This document shows positions 34,095-45,864 of a DNA stretch of 64,000 nt, in pieces. The translations under genes were made by a program, and so were the position numbers. The notes beneath the pieces were generated by a model. The model saw only the letters and a list, made by a program, of their open reading frames with translations. It made no database searches and was not told the origin of the DNA. Every line of letters begins with the position of its first letter. The first letter of the stretch is position 1. The stretch covers positions 2,418,001 to 2,482,000 of the forward strand of contig OZ218956.1 of assembly GCA_965112735.1 (NCBI GenBank), read 5' to 3'. This DNA is from Phaeosaccion multiseriatum. Lineage: Eukaryota; Protista; Ochrophyta, other classes.

Positions 34095-37000
34095 TCAGGC
34101 GGCCGCTCCGTCGATGGCTCCCATGAGCCCCCAGTCGAGGGTTTCTGCTGCTTCGTGCTGCGTCATCGTGGCTCGAAGGAGGGTGCCGTACCTGATCTCC
34201 CGCTGTGAGAGGGCGCGTTGAAGGGCGAGGGACAGTTGTTGGCGCAGGAGGCCCTTGATGGGGCCCGTGGCTGCCGCCGCTGCGGGGCCGAGCCCTCTTG
34301 ATGCCTTGTGGATGGCCATCGCCTCGATGAGCTCGTCCGTTTGGTGGCCCAGTCTGCCGTACGTCTCGATTGCAATGCACTTCAGGGTTGAAGTCCCGGG
34401 CAGAAAACTACCCAGGTAATGAGTGCGTTTGCGCTCTTCGGCGGCGGCTGCTGCGTGGCCTGGCGTGGTGGAGGCCCGTCCCACGTGGGTGGGGGCGGTG
34501 GGGTTGGTGACGGTGATGTCGCAGAGGAGGTTTCTCCGCAGGGGTGCGTCCGCTCCCGGGAAGCTCCCTGCGGGATAGGTCAGGTCCATGCGTAGGTCTC
34601 GGCCTGCTCGGGTGCCCGTGGGGCCGTCGAAGCAGGTCTGGTCCTCTACACGTGCTCCTCCAATGCCCACGCTGTGCATCATCCTCCCGAAGGCCTTGAC
34701 GAGGAGGTGGTGTGTGTGGTTGTGGAGGCCTGTGCGGGGGCAGATGGTGGCGTGGGTGGTGCTTGCCGTGCGGGCGCAGCCTGTGCCGAGGCAGGGTGGG
34801 GGCGGGTCCGCGTATGGCGTGTTGACACCGAGGTTGCGACGAAGGGCCATGGTCCATTCTGCGGGGGCCATGGTGTTGTGGCCGTGGGGGAGCGCTCCGA
34901 GGAAGGCCATGGCACCCCTTCCTCGCTGTGAGTGGAGTCGGGCTGTTGCCATTTCCTGTGTCTCCTCTCCCCTCTGTGCCTCTGCCGGTGTGACGTCGAT
35001 GGTGGCGATGCTCTGCGTCAGCTCCTCATGGCGGCGTTTGTGGATGAAGGTGGTGAGGGCCTTCTGGACGCCGTGGGTCGGTTGACGGCCTGCCTGATGG
35101 CTCCTGCGCACGTTGCGTCGCGCTGTGTCTTGGGCTTGGTGGTCAGACGGCTCGAGTACGCGTGAGCGGGCCTCGTCGAACTGTGCCTGACCCACTGCTT
35201 GGATGAGGGGGGCCTCAGGGACCCCCTCCTCGTGCAGGAGGTTGACGCTGTCGGCGACGCTCTTGAGGGCTCCGTTGGTGAACAGCTGGTCCGGTAGGGC
35301 GCTCTCTTGGGAGCCTTCCCGGCGTGCGGTGCGGCTGAGCAGGGGGGGGAGGGTGAGCATCTTGTTGCCAAGGTATGCTGCTGGGGCGATGTCGTGGAGG
35401 CTGGTGAGGCCCAGGCCGCCGAAGCGCCGTGCCGTATGCATTTGTAGGCGCTGTGTCTCGGTCCATGGCTCCTCTTGTGCATCTGCGGCCTGCTCCAGAG
35501 GGGGGGCATCGGGGAGTCGCATGATGTGGGCCATTGTCGCTCTGTTGGTGCGGTCTGCCCTGCCGCCGAGGGCGCGTCTGAAGATGGAGGGGTCAATGGC
35601 TCTCGCCAGGTGTGTGAGCCTGGCTGGGAGGCATTGGAGGAGGACGAGGGTGGCCGCCTGGGTGTTGTCCCACTCGCTGCAGTGTTTGGCGAGTTGGAGG
35701 TAGCCCCTGGGGTCTTCTTGGCCGAGGATGTTGCGGAGGTACTCTTCGATGTACTCCTCCGTGCCGACGGGGATGCCGGCTACCACGGTACCCTCGGTGG
35801 CGAGGGTGGCGCCCTGCCGTTGGGCGTGGTCCCTGTCAGCCTGTGTTGGCTGCTTGCCTTTGCCCATGAGGTAAACCGTTTTCCTCTCGTTGAACTCGAG
35901 GCCCAAGCCTCGGAATTGGGCTTGGAGATGGGCATGGCGTGGGGCGTAGGTCTGTAGGGGTGCGTCGGGTTCCAGCTGGTCCATGAGGTCGTCTGCGTAG
36001 GCGGAGATGGTGGGGCGGTTCGCTGCGGTGTCGGCTGTGTTCTGAACTTTCAGCACTGGGTGGATGGCGGCTGCGAACATGAGAGGCCCTTCTGGTGCTC
36101 CTTGGTTGACTCCGGAGCTCTGGTGGATGGTCTGGGTGCCGTCTGGTGTGAGGGCGTTGTGGGCGGAGGCGTGGGAGAGGCTGGCGATGGCGTAGTTGAT
36201 GCCTGCTGGGTCGATGGTAGGGAGTGCGCCTGAGGCTAGGACGCCTCTGGCACGCGACACGCGGGTGTAGGCCTTGGTGATGTCCTGCAGCACGACGGTT
36301 TTGCCGGCATCGTGCGCTAGCTGGGCTGCTGCGGCGTGTGTTTCCCCTCCGCCTCTGACCGCTACCGCTAGCTGTCCTGCGCTTCTGAGCTCTGGGCCCA
36401 CCCTGTCCGCGATGAGCTTCATGTGACAGCTCTCCACGAGGCTGCGGTAGAGGTTGGGGGATGTGACGGGACGCGCTTTCTCGCCGAGGGCTGCGGCGCT
36501 GGTGCTGAACCAACGTTTGGCGAGCTGTGGAGGCAGTGGAGTGTCCCCCGTTCGGAGCAGCTCGTAGGTGTCAGTCAGAGCCTCCACGATTGCGTACTCC
36601 TGGGGGCTGTCCGGGGGGTACTTGACGTGGCTCGCCCTGCGCCCGTCTGCTCCTTGGCCCTTCCAGAAGTTGACCCTCCGGTAGGTCAGCAGCATGGCTG
36701 TGCTGATCTCCTCTCTGGTGACGTCGTTGCCATTCTCGGGGTGCTCCTGCAACTGGGTTCTGGCGTACTCCCTGGCTGCTGCTGCTGCTGTGTTAATCTC
36801 TTCGAGGCTCTCGTCGACGTGCGCTTGCTGGAGGCGTCTGAAGGTCTCGTGTGTGGGAGGGAGGTGGCCGTCTCTGCTCTTTGTGCTGAGTCTCGCCGCG
36901 GCCTTGTGCAGGCCTCCGGGTTTGGTGAGCAGGTGGGCGCAGGTTTCTCTCCGTCGCTCCTCTGTCTGTGCCTGTGCTGGGGGTGGTGGGCGGCGTGCGT

Positions 37001-37440
37001 GTGCTGTGGCTATCGCTGCTTGTGCGAGTGGGGCGATGTCGAGGTCGAGGACCATCTGTATCCGCTGCTGGCGGCTGTAGGCTCCGTCTTTAGAGAAGAG
37101 CATGGCAGGGAGGAGGTGGTGGAAGACATCCCATGCCAGAAGGGTGTGGAGGGTGGCGTCGGTGGGGCCGTTCTTGTGGGCCCTCAGCGCCCTGTTCCAG
37201 TTGTTGAGCGCTCTTTGCTGTAAGCTGATAATCGAGCTGACGTGGCGGGGGTTGCACTGCGCTACTGTCTCAAACACGAGTGTTGAGAGGATGGTACCCT
37301 GCGGGTCCAGGGCCCCTAGGCGGAGGACGTTTGGGTGCTGCATGGGCCATCCTTCCTCGGGTGTATCGTCGTTGGCTGGCCCTTCTCCGTCCCCTCCGTC
37401 CCCGCCGCTACCTCCTTGGCCTCTGCTCCGTCCTCCTCCC
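34095..37440 (-). mobile_element. Non-LTR retrotransposon of the RLE type (CRE-clade-like); single RT-Zn knuckle-RLE ORF, apparently 5'-truncated; 3' UTR probably extends to ~33790
   Basis: Uninterrupted 1082-aa ORF. RT motifs QLAVAVRGGGE, QDITKAYTRVSR, GVNQGAPEGPLMF, AYADD, AGIPVG; GGLGL; CCHC (CLGTGC..HATIC); RLE RMDL..CDITVTNP..EERKRTHY..IETYGRLG. The frame is open about 32 codons upstream of the ATG, up to an abrupt junction at 37440. Confidence 0.9.
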
Positions 37441-37587
37441 AGATAAATCCTTAGGAGACAGCCTTAAGGCTAATAGGAGACCTACCATTGGGAGCAAGGC
37501 TCTGGTAGTGCATTCTCTAAACCCCTTGAGTTTTCTCGCGATTTAGCACATAAGGGGTTCAAGAGGCGAGAAAGCCTAGGAAAAAGG

Positions 37588-38366
37588 GGGAGGGAGGGAG
37601 GGAGGGAGGGAGGGAGGGAGGGAGGGAGGGAGGGAGGGAGGGAGGGAGGGAGGGAGGGAGGGAGGGAGGGAGGGAGGGAGGGAGGGAGGGAGGGAGGGAG
37701 GGAGGGAGGGAGGGAGGGAGGGAGGGAGGGAGGGAGGGAGGGAGGGAGGGAGGGAGGGAGGGAGGGAGGGAGGGAGGGAGGGAGGGAGGGAGGGAGGGAG
37801 GGAGGGAGGGAGGGAGGGAGGGAGGGAGGGAGGGAGGGAGGGAGGGAGGGAGGGAGGGAGGGAGGGAGGGAGGGAGGGAGGGAGGGAGGGAGGGAGGGAG
37901 GGAGGGAGGGAGGGAGGGAGGGAGGGAGGGAGGGAGGGAGGGAGGGAGGGAGGGAGGGAGGGAGGGAGGGAGGGAGGGAGGGAGGGAGGGAGGGAGGGAG
38001 GGAGGGAGGGAGGGAGGGAGGGAGGGAGGGAGGGAGGGAGGGAGGGAGGGAGGGAGGGAGGGAGGGAGGGAGGGAGGGAGGGAGGGAGGGAGGGAGGGAG
38101 GGAGGGAGGGAGGGAGGGAGGGAGGGAGGGAGGGAGGGAGGGAGGGAGGGAGGGAGGGAGGGAGGGAGGGAGGGAGGGAGGGAGGGAGGGAGGGAGGGAG
38201 GGAGGGAGGGAGGGAGGGAGGGAGGGAGGGAGGGAGGGAGGGAGGGAGGGAGGGAGGGAGGGAGGGAGGGAGGGAGGGAGGGAGGGAGGGAGGGAGGGAG
38301 GGAGGGAGGGAGGGAGGGAGGGAGGGAGGGAGGGCGGGAGGGAGGGAGGGAGCGAGGGAGGGAGGG
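37588..38366. repeat. Very long (GGGA)n array (~750 bp), intergenic
   Basis: Directly visible. Confidence 0.95.
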
Positions 38367-38994
38367 ACGGACAGATGGAGTATGGAGTTTGTTAGGAGGA
38401 GGGAGAGACAGGAGAGAGCACCATTGGGGGTGGGGAAAGGATGGGAGGACTCCCTCATACGAAACGATGCGATAAAGCTATGTCCTCCTGACCCGAAAGA
38501 AGATGCGAAATACTTCGCTCTGCGAGAAGCTATGCCCAGCAGAGCAGTGCCCCCTCCCAAGTCAGCGCTACGGACGGGCCGATCTCGCTCGTGATGGCGA
38601 CCACTCGGCCCCTCGTACTCAGTGTTTTTTCCTGCTCGTGCATACGATATATACATATATACATATATGTGTGACATATATGTGTGCGTAAGTGTGGTGA
38701 GGATGAGAAGGGGTGGCGGACGAGTGAGCGGCAGCAGGGTGTGTATGTACGAAGGTCCTCGCTCCCTCCACGAGATTGTGGTTGGGCGTGCTTGGGTGCC
38801 TGCGAGTGTATATGATGTTAGGCAGTTTGAAAGAGCAGGCGCTCCGCGGAGAGGGCACAGTTGTCAGGAACCAACCGTAAAAAATAGATATCTCGACACG
38901 CGATTTTCTTCTCGATGTAGTTACGACCACCACGGCTCCTGATTGGCTGTAGCACTCGCAGCAAGAGTTCCATACTGCTGCTGCTACTGCTGTA

Positions 38995-41900
38995 TCACCA
39001 ACTGCTGCTGCTGCTGCTGCTGCTGCGCTGCTGGAGCTTGTGCTGCATCTTCTGCTCCACCCAGGCTTGGGCCTTGTCGCGCATGAGCCGAGCGAGACCT
39101 CGCGCATCGGAGCACGCCGTACCACCAACTTGTGCACGCGTTTGGCGCCTACTACTATTAGGCCTATGGTAGTCGATGGGGCGGTACTCAAAGGGTGCCA
39201 TGTCGAGAATTACCTTGACCAAATCCTGCAAGGTCGCCTTGGCAATGTGTGCGGGCTTCTTGAGGCCGCTCCGATGGAAGGCCTTAATGAAAGCCCTCGT
39301 TTGAAAGACAGGCACCTCGGGCCCGAGCCGAGCGAGGGGCAGCAACGCCTCGGGAAGGCCGTAATCGAGCCGCTCTCGATACGACCTCAGCAGCTTTGCA
39401 AGCTCGATGAGCTTGAGATGCTTGGCGAAACACACCACCTGACCGCAGTACGTCGCTGCGTCCATCTGCAGCTTCTGCAAGTCCCCGTTTGACATTTCAC
39501 AGGGAGCCTTCATTAGATGCGTGCCCCCCCCTCGTCCTCCGCCTCCTCCTGCTCGACGCAGGCACCCTCCCGTTGTGGCGGCGGTGAGTTCCGATGTGAG
39601 AAGGTCCTCGAGCAGCAGCGCTCCATAAAACCTCTTGTAACACACAAAGGCGTCTTCGCCGAGCACAAGAGTGCTGTTGCTCTCCGCCATCTTAGACATA
39701 AAGGCCGGGCTCAGGCCCACGGCCTCTCCCACCCTCCGCTGATCCTCACTAAGCGTGCCATAGTAGTGGCGAAAGCTGATCCAGTTGAACTTAGTCGGGC
39801 TGAACCTCAGGGGCGTAAGCAGGTATAGACAGTGCAAGTCGATGCTCAGCACCAAGTCAACGGTCGCCCTCTCCAGGGACTCGAATACGAGCTTGGCGTC
39901 GCGGGGGCATATGGCAGACAAGAAAGTGGCCATGGCGAGCTGAGTAGCGACGAGTCGATTCGACTCCTGCCCGACGCCGCCTCCTCCTCCTCCTACTCCC
40001 CCTCCTCCTCCTCCAACCACGGCAGCGGAGGTGTTGCGCATTGCATGCCTCTCCCTCCCTGCTGCTGTATCACCAACCGCTGCTGCAGGAGGCGTGTTAT
40101 TGTTTGGGGCCATGGCTACCTCGATGAAGAAGGAGGGCTTCTGCAGGAGAAATTGGAGGGCGAGGTCCGTAGCCTGCATCAATGCTGCCATCTGACCCTG
40201 CTCCTCCTTCTTCCTCTTCTTCTTCTTCTCCTCCTCCTCCTCCTCCTCCTCCTCCTCCTCCTCCTCCTCCTCCTCCTCTTGTTCCTCTCCCGCACCTACC
40301 CTCCCTCCGAATCCTCCTCGAGCTGCTGCTGCTGCTGCATCATCACCGGCAACTGCCCTCCTTCGTTTTGCCCAGTACTGCGCCGCTCCCTCCACCCTCC
40401 TTCCCTCCTTGCTGTCTTTCGCTGCGGCCAAGGCGGCCCAAAACGTGTACTTTGCGATGAATGTAAAGGCATCCTGGACGGTCACTGCCACCCCACTCAC
40501 CACCACTTCAATCAAAGCCTGCTCCAGTCCGCCCCCCCGGGCACGATCGAGTACGCTCATAAGCCTAGGAAGGCTTGACGTCAGCAGAGTCAGAGCGTCG
40601 CTGTCCTTGTCGCCCTCCTCCAACACAAGGTAGGCCGCTCCCACATGCACACCACCACTGCTGCTGCTTCGACCACCACGGCCCTTGTCCCCCCTGCTCT
40701 GCTCCAATTGCTCGGTCCTCCCGTCGACAGAGGATCGTGTTTGGCCGTGCCTCCCTGCCCTCCCCGCCATTTGCTTGAAGGTCGCCAGGTTGAGGAGCCT
40801 GCCAATGCCGTCTTTCGGGGATCGAATCACCACTCGCTGAGCTGGGAGGTTGACTCCCGCAGCCAGTGTTGTCGTGGATACAAGAACCTGACACCACATA
40901 CCACAGACAAAAGAGCAAACACAGGGAAGATAGCGCAGAGTGTGTGTGCGTGCGTGCATGTGTGAGAGCGCGGAGAACATAGACACTCTGACGACCTTCG
41001 ACGCAAGCTATCCACTCGCTCTCTCGCTCTCTCTGTCCCGGCGGTGGTAGTGGTAGTGAAGCGTCTCCCTACCCTATCCCCCATCACACCCCAGCTGCTT
41101 GACACAAGATGCACACATACACATACACACACGCGCGCACGCATGCACACACTCCCATACACATACGCTAGCACACAGGCCCACACACGCGCACACGCAC
41201 GCACGCACACACACACACCCTCGCGCGCACACACACACGCGAAGGTCCCCCGTTGACCGTATCTCTCCGAGCTACAGCACCAAAGCGCAAACATCCAATC
41301 CGGGAGAAGTCTCACTCGCTCGCACACCATCATCATCAATATCAGTCTCAGTTCTATTTCCAGCTCATGTTCTGATTCAGTCAGCTATCCAACAACAAAC
41401 TCACCCTCAAGACGCCGATTCGGAAACCTCGCTCAATATGTGCCCTCTCCTCGGCGGTGAGGCCTGCGTGGTGGAAGGCCACTCCGAAGGGCACGAGTGC
41501 CTCAATCTCTGGACACAGGCCGAAGGGGGTGTTGCGAAGATCCTCCAGCAGGGCCCTACGTCTCTCCAACGTCGTATCTTCGCAGCGACGTGTACGGGCC
41601 TGAGCCTGAGCCTGAGCCTGAGCCTGTCCCTGCTGCTGCTGCTGACTCCTGCTCGTGAGTCCACTGCCTTGACCGTTGCGCTCACCGTTCCTCCTGCCAC
41701 TATTGCCCCTGCTGTCCCTGCTGCTGCTGCTGCTGCTGCTATTGATTGTCGCTGGAGCGGCGACGCCGTGCTTCTGAGCCGTCAATGTTCGCCCCCTCAC
41801 CCTCCCTCCCCCCCCCCCTCCCCATTTGGCTGCAGCCTTGGCCGCCCCTATCGCTGCCGCTGCCGCAGCCTCTTGGAGCTGTCCCTGAACCTTCTTCGCA

Positions 41901-44398
41901 AAGTGCCCCGTCTGATTCTTCTGCGCGCAAAACACGAGCACGCACTCGCCGAGCGCCACTGCCTCTACACAGAGAGCCACCGCTCCGTCTGGGTCTTGGG
42001 CCAGGCAGGTGGTGGGGCGAAACTCCGTGGGGAGCCTTCTCACTTGCCGCATTGCAAAGCCCTGCTGCCCGACCCCCCCCCCCGCCGCCGCTGCCTGGAG
42101 TGGTGCCACTGGTAGTATCAGGCCTGTCAGAAGCTGCAGTAGTAGCAGCAGGAGTGGCACGTACAACCGAGGAGGAGCAGGAAGAAGACGCGGAGGCAAC
42201 GACGCTATAGATGGTCGCCCTCTTGCACACGTACGACTCGAGCATGACGGGGCGGAAATCCGAGTTGTAGGACGCCGCTCCCATCCACTGCGCAAGTGTC
42301 CCCAGGCCCTCTGACTGAGCCGGCAAGGTGGCAGACATACCGATGATGGGCACCGGCTCCTGTGCGTGTCGGTCTGCCTCCATGCGTAGCTTGGCAATGA
42401 GCAGCTCGAGCAACCACCCTCGTCGCTCGTCACCAATGAGATGCAATTCGTCCAGCAGCACCATGCTCAGCGAGGTACTCAGGTCGTCTTCCTGCAGCAG
42501 ACGATTCACCAGACCGTTGGCCCGCTCTGTCGTACACACCGCCACCCGGATGCCTTCTCCATTCGCGTCGTCGTCGCCAATCCCCTTGTCCTGCCCGTGG
42601 AAGGCGTGGATACCGAAGCCCAGCGGCCGCCACACCCTCTTGAGATACGCCACCTTCTCCTCTGCGAGAGAGATGAAAGGCACCACGAAGAGAGCTGTCT
42701 TGGCCGGGCAGTGCATGAGCGACCAAAGCATCAACAGTTCCGCCACCAGCGTCTTGCCGCCGCTCGTGGGGGCGCTGTACACCAAGTTTGAGAGTCGGCA
42801 ACAAGTGTCCTTCCTTGAAGCGGTGGCCGCCGAAAGCTCTCCACCACCACTTCTACCACCACCACCACCACTACCACCCCCACCCTGACCCTGCTGCTGC
42901 TGCTGCTGCCCTCCCTCTCTGTGCCCTCCGCCTCCTCTTGCTCCTTGAGGGTCTCCTCCATGGAAGCCTAACTGGAAGCATCTCGCCTGCCACGGGAAGA
43001 GCTGCGTGATGCCTGCTGTTCCTTCCGCCGCGTAGGCTTGCAGCAGCTGGTCTCTCTGAGTGTCATTGCCCCAGTGCGGGATGAAGTTCTCCAGGGCCAA
43101 GGGGGATGGCACTTCAGGGGGAGATACTTGCGACCCTCCTGCTGTTGTGGAAGATACCGGTGATGAGCATGCCGTTGCTGCTGTTGTCGTTGTTGTTGTT
43201 GCTGCTGCTGCTGCTGCTGTATTACCAGCTGCTGCTACTGCTGCTGGTACTGGTGCTGGTGCTGGTGCTGGTGCTGGTGCTACGAGCCCCCCTCCCTGCG
43301 CCTGCAGCTGCCGTGCTGCCATGACGGGCGAGTGTTGAGAGAGAGACTCGATGTGCACAGGAAGATCGGGAGGGGTCGCCAGGGGAGGCGATGGCACCAA
43401 CGGAGTAGTGACCACGCGCTGCTGCTGCTGCGTCGCGTACGGGTTCTTTTCCCATTTCTTGGTGCCACCTTCTCCTGCCGCCCTCGCTTCGGGGGGTGTT
43501 TGTCTCGGCTGCGGCACTGTCGAGCCGCCGCTCTCCGTCTTCTCATTCACCTCGTGGGCCGCCGGGAAGGGCCGCAATACGCTCCGCTGCGCTTGCCCTC
43601 CACCCACCCCACCACGTCTCCTGGCGGCATCCGTGCCATCCGCTGAGAACCTTTGAGGTTGCGATATCGACAGTCCTAGTGTCCCCGATGCACTCCGTGA
43701 GCCTTCCTCAGCAGCATATCTGTGTGCCTCCTCCTCCAGCGCAGCTCCTCGATAGGCGGCACAGCTGTCATGGTCATCCTTGGCGTCGCTGCTGCTCCTG
43801 CTTTTCCTATTCGTTTGTCCGCCCCCCGTCGATTTGCCACGGTCACCACCTCTGCCTCTACCACTGTCGCGACTCGTGCAGATATTGCTGCTATCAGCGG
43901 CTTCGGTGCATCGCTGCTGGTGCTCGATCCGTGTGCCTTTTGGACAGGGAAGAGAAGCTTCATTCGTGCGTCTCCGGCTGCTGCTGCTGCTGCCGCCCTC
44001 GCAGTTCTTATTTAGCTCGCAAGCCTGCGTCTCCGGGATGACTAAATAGGACTCGCTGGAGTGAGTCCCTGGCCATTGTGGCGAGGAAGATGGCTTCAAA
44101 GCACTGTGAGGGGCCTCACCAGCAGGTGGCACTGTAGCGGCCGGGGAGGGAGAGGGGCTTGCTGGAGCGGGGAAGACGCCCTCGTCGTACTGTCCCTGAA
44201 AAGAGTCCACTTCCGAGCTGGTATGTATGGCTTTGACATCATCTCGCTGCTGCTGCTGCTGCTGGCGTGCAGTTAGTCTCCCTCGTGGAAGCAGCGAGGG
44301 AAAGGCGGGAACTAGCCCGCGGGTGTCCTGCCGCCTTTGGGCCTGGTCCTTCTCTGCTCTTCTGGGCCTCTTGAAGCTCTCACGATTCCCGCTTCCGG

Positions 44399-44433
<35 letters not shown>

Positions 44434-44594
44434 ACATCTTGCTGTTGCCTCTTTTTTTTCTCGTGGGGAGGGGCCTGGAGAGGATCCTCTGTACCCCCCG
44501 GCTTCAGCTCAAGCCGACTATTCGAAGACCGAGACTTGGAGGCGACAGCTGCTAACAGGGTCTGCCTCTTCCCGGAAGCCTTTCGACGATACAT
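38995..44594 (-). CDS. HELQ: Ski2-like SF2 DNA helicase (HELQ / POLQ helicase-domain family); one intron (40888-41404) and an apparent frameshift at ~42073-42083
   Basis: LFPWQ; VYSAPTSGGKTLVAE; DELHLIGDERRGWLLELL; IGMSATL; FRPV; VLVFC; GVAFHHAGLT..ERAHIE; STTTLAAGVNLPA; QMAGRAGR; ATQLA; LHCLYLLTP; RFYGALLLEDL. No polymerase domain follows. Confidence 0.88.
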
Positions 44595-44913
44595 AGGCTC
44601 GGCGCTTCCTTTTTTCTTTTTTTTTTTTTTTCCAACTGTGGATCAATACACCTATGGTTGTCTAAAAGTAATGGCTCACCGCCCCGAACTTAGCCCCCGA
44701 GGTCGGAACAAAGTTGATACCTGCCAGGATCCTTATCGGATCGATCGTTCGTGTCGGGCCCGCTGGAGCGCGACGGCCAATCGCCGCCGAATAACGCACC
44801 CTCGCATATGCCCTCGTTTCCCTTTGTTCGTGTCCAACTGGATTCTCAACTGTCAACAACTGTGGTGATACAACCCGCATACGTGTAATAAGGAACAGTC
44901 TTCTGTTTAATTT

Positions 44914-45864
44914 ATGAGAGAGTCGCCACGGCCCGGCGTGCTTGGAGGCGGCAATGGGTGGGCTGCTGCCGTGACGCTCTTTTCTTTCTATTTCTATTGG
45001 GGCCGCGCCTCGCCGGCTTTCAGCGCCCTTGGGCTCGGTGGAGAGGCAGCTCAGTGCCTCCCTTCTCCTTCTTTAGAGCCTCATGCGTCTCGGTACGCCT
45101 GTGTGCTGGGACTGAAGCCTACGGCATCATGGGGCGCGGAGGTGATGCACTCTGTGTCGATGGAAGTCTCTCCGGATGAAGCCCACCTTCTCGTCGAGGT
45201 GGTCACCAGCCTTCCTCCTCCTCCTCCTCCTCCTCCTGCTGGGGGGAGAGGAGGGAGGCGCCGTCGGCAGAAGCTCCCCGACTGGATCTCCTGGGGTGTG
45301 AACTCTGCTGGGGGAGGCGGAGGAGGCATGGTTGGCGCTTTTGCAGTCGTGGGGGTGGGGGCGGGCGATGGTGATGTAGCGGTCTACGAGATGAGCGGCT
45401 ATCGTCCTACTGACGTGGTGCGCTTGCCGGCGGATCAGCAGTCTCAGCTACGAGGGGCTGAGGTTGAGCGCACCCACCTGTCGCCCTCCTCCTGCTCCTC
45501 CTCCTCTGCAGATGCACACACAGACGATACATGTCGCGGTGATGCAGACGAGACGGGTGAGGACAACGAGGTCTTTCGATTGCGCTTCGCCTGGCCCCTT
45601 GCCGGCCTGAGTATGACCCATCGAGATGGAGTGGTGCAAGAGGGCGGCAGCAGAAGCACAGGCAACCCTAGTTCTGACGCTGGCAGCGGTGGGGCCGTGA
45701 GGGAGGTCCGCGGGGGGGGGCTTCTTCCTGGCGAAGGGAAAGCAGCGCTCACCATGCTCTGGGCCTACGGCTCCGGCGAGTTTGGCTACCACGATGCATA
45801 CGGCACCTACCTCTTTGACCTGAACTCTCTCAACTCGTCCTCTCCCGCCGTGGACGTCACTTGA
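44914..45864 (+). CDS. Secreted DOMON-domain protein, intronless
   Basis: Hydrophobic N-terminus; WISWGVN..GMVGAFAVVG, VAVYEMSGY, FRLRF and MLWAYG..FGYH match the DOMON signature with Met/His heme-ligand positions. Confidence 0.65.
   Translation: MRESPRPGVLGGGNGWAAAVTLFSFYFYWGRASPAFSALGLGGEAAQCLPSPSLEPHASRYACVLGLKPTASWGAEVMHSVSMEVSPDEAHLLVEVVTSLPPPPPPPPAGGRGGRRRRQKLPDWISWGVNSAGGGGGGMVGAFAVVGVGAGDGDVAVYEMSGYRPTDVVRLPADQQSQLRGAEVERTHLSPSSCSSSSADAHTDDTCRGDADETGEDNEVFRLRFAWPLAGLSMTHRDGVVQEGGSRSTGNPSSDAGSGGAVREVRGGGLLPGEGKAALTMLWAYGSGEFGYHDAYGTYLFDLNSLNSSSPAVDVT

Noticed and set aside
33760-37460. Target-site duplication around the retrotransposon (AGATA on both sides)
   Set aside because: Match is too short and the 3' end is not defined
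37515-37580. Canonical HDV-like ribozyme call
   Set aside because: P3/L3, P1.1 and P4 could not be identified; kept only as a generic pseudoknot finding
37559-38677. (PPSL)n/(GGRE)n ORFs here and at 6.7-8.0 kb and 12.8-13.8 kb
   Set aside because: Translations of (GGGA)n microsatellites
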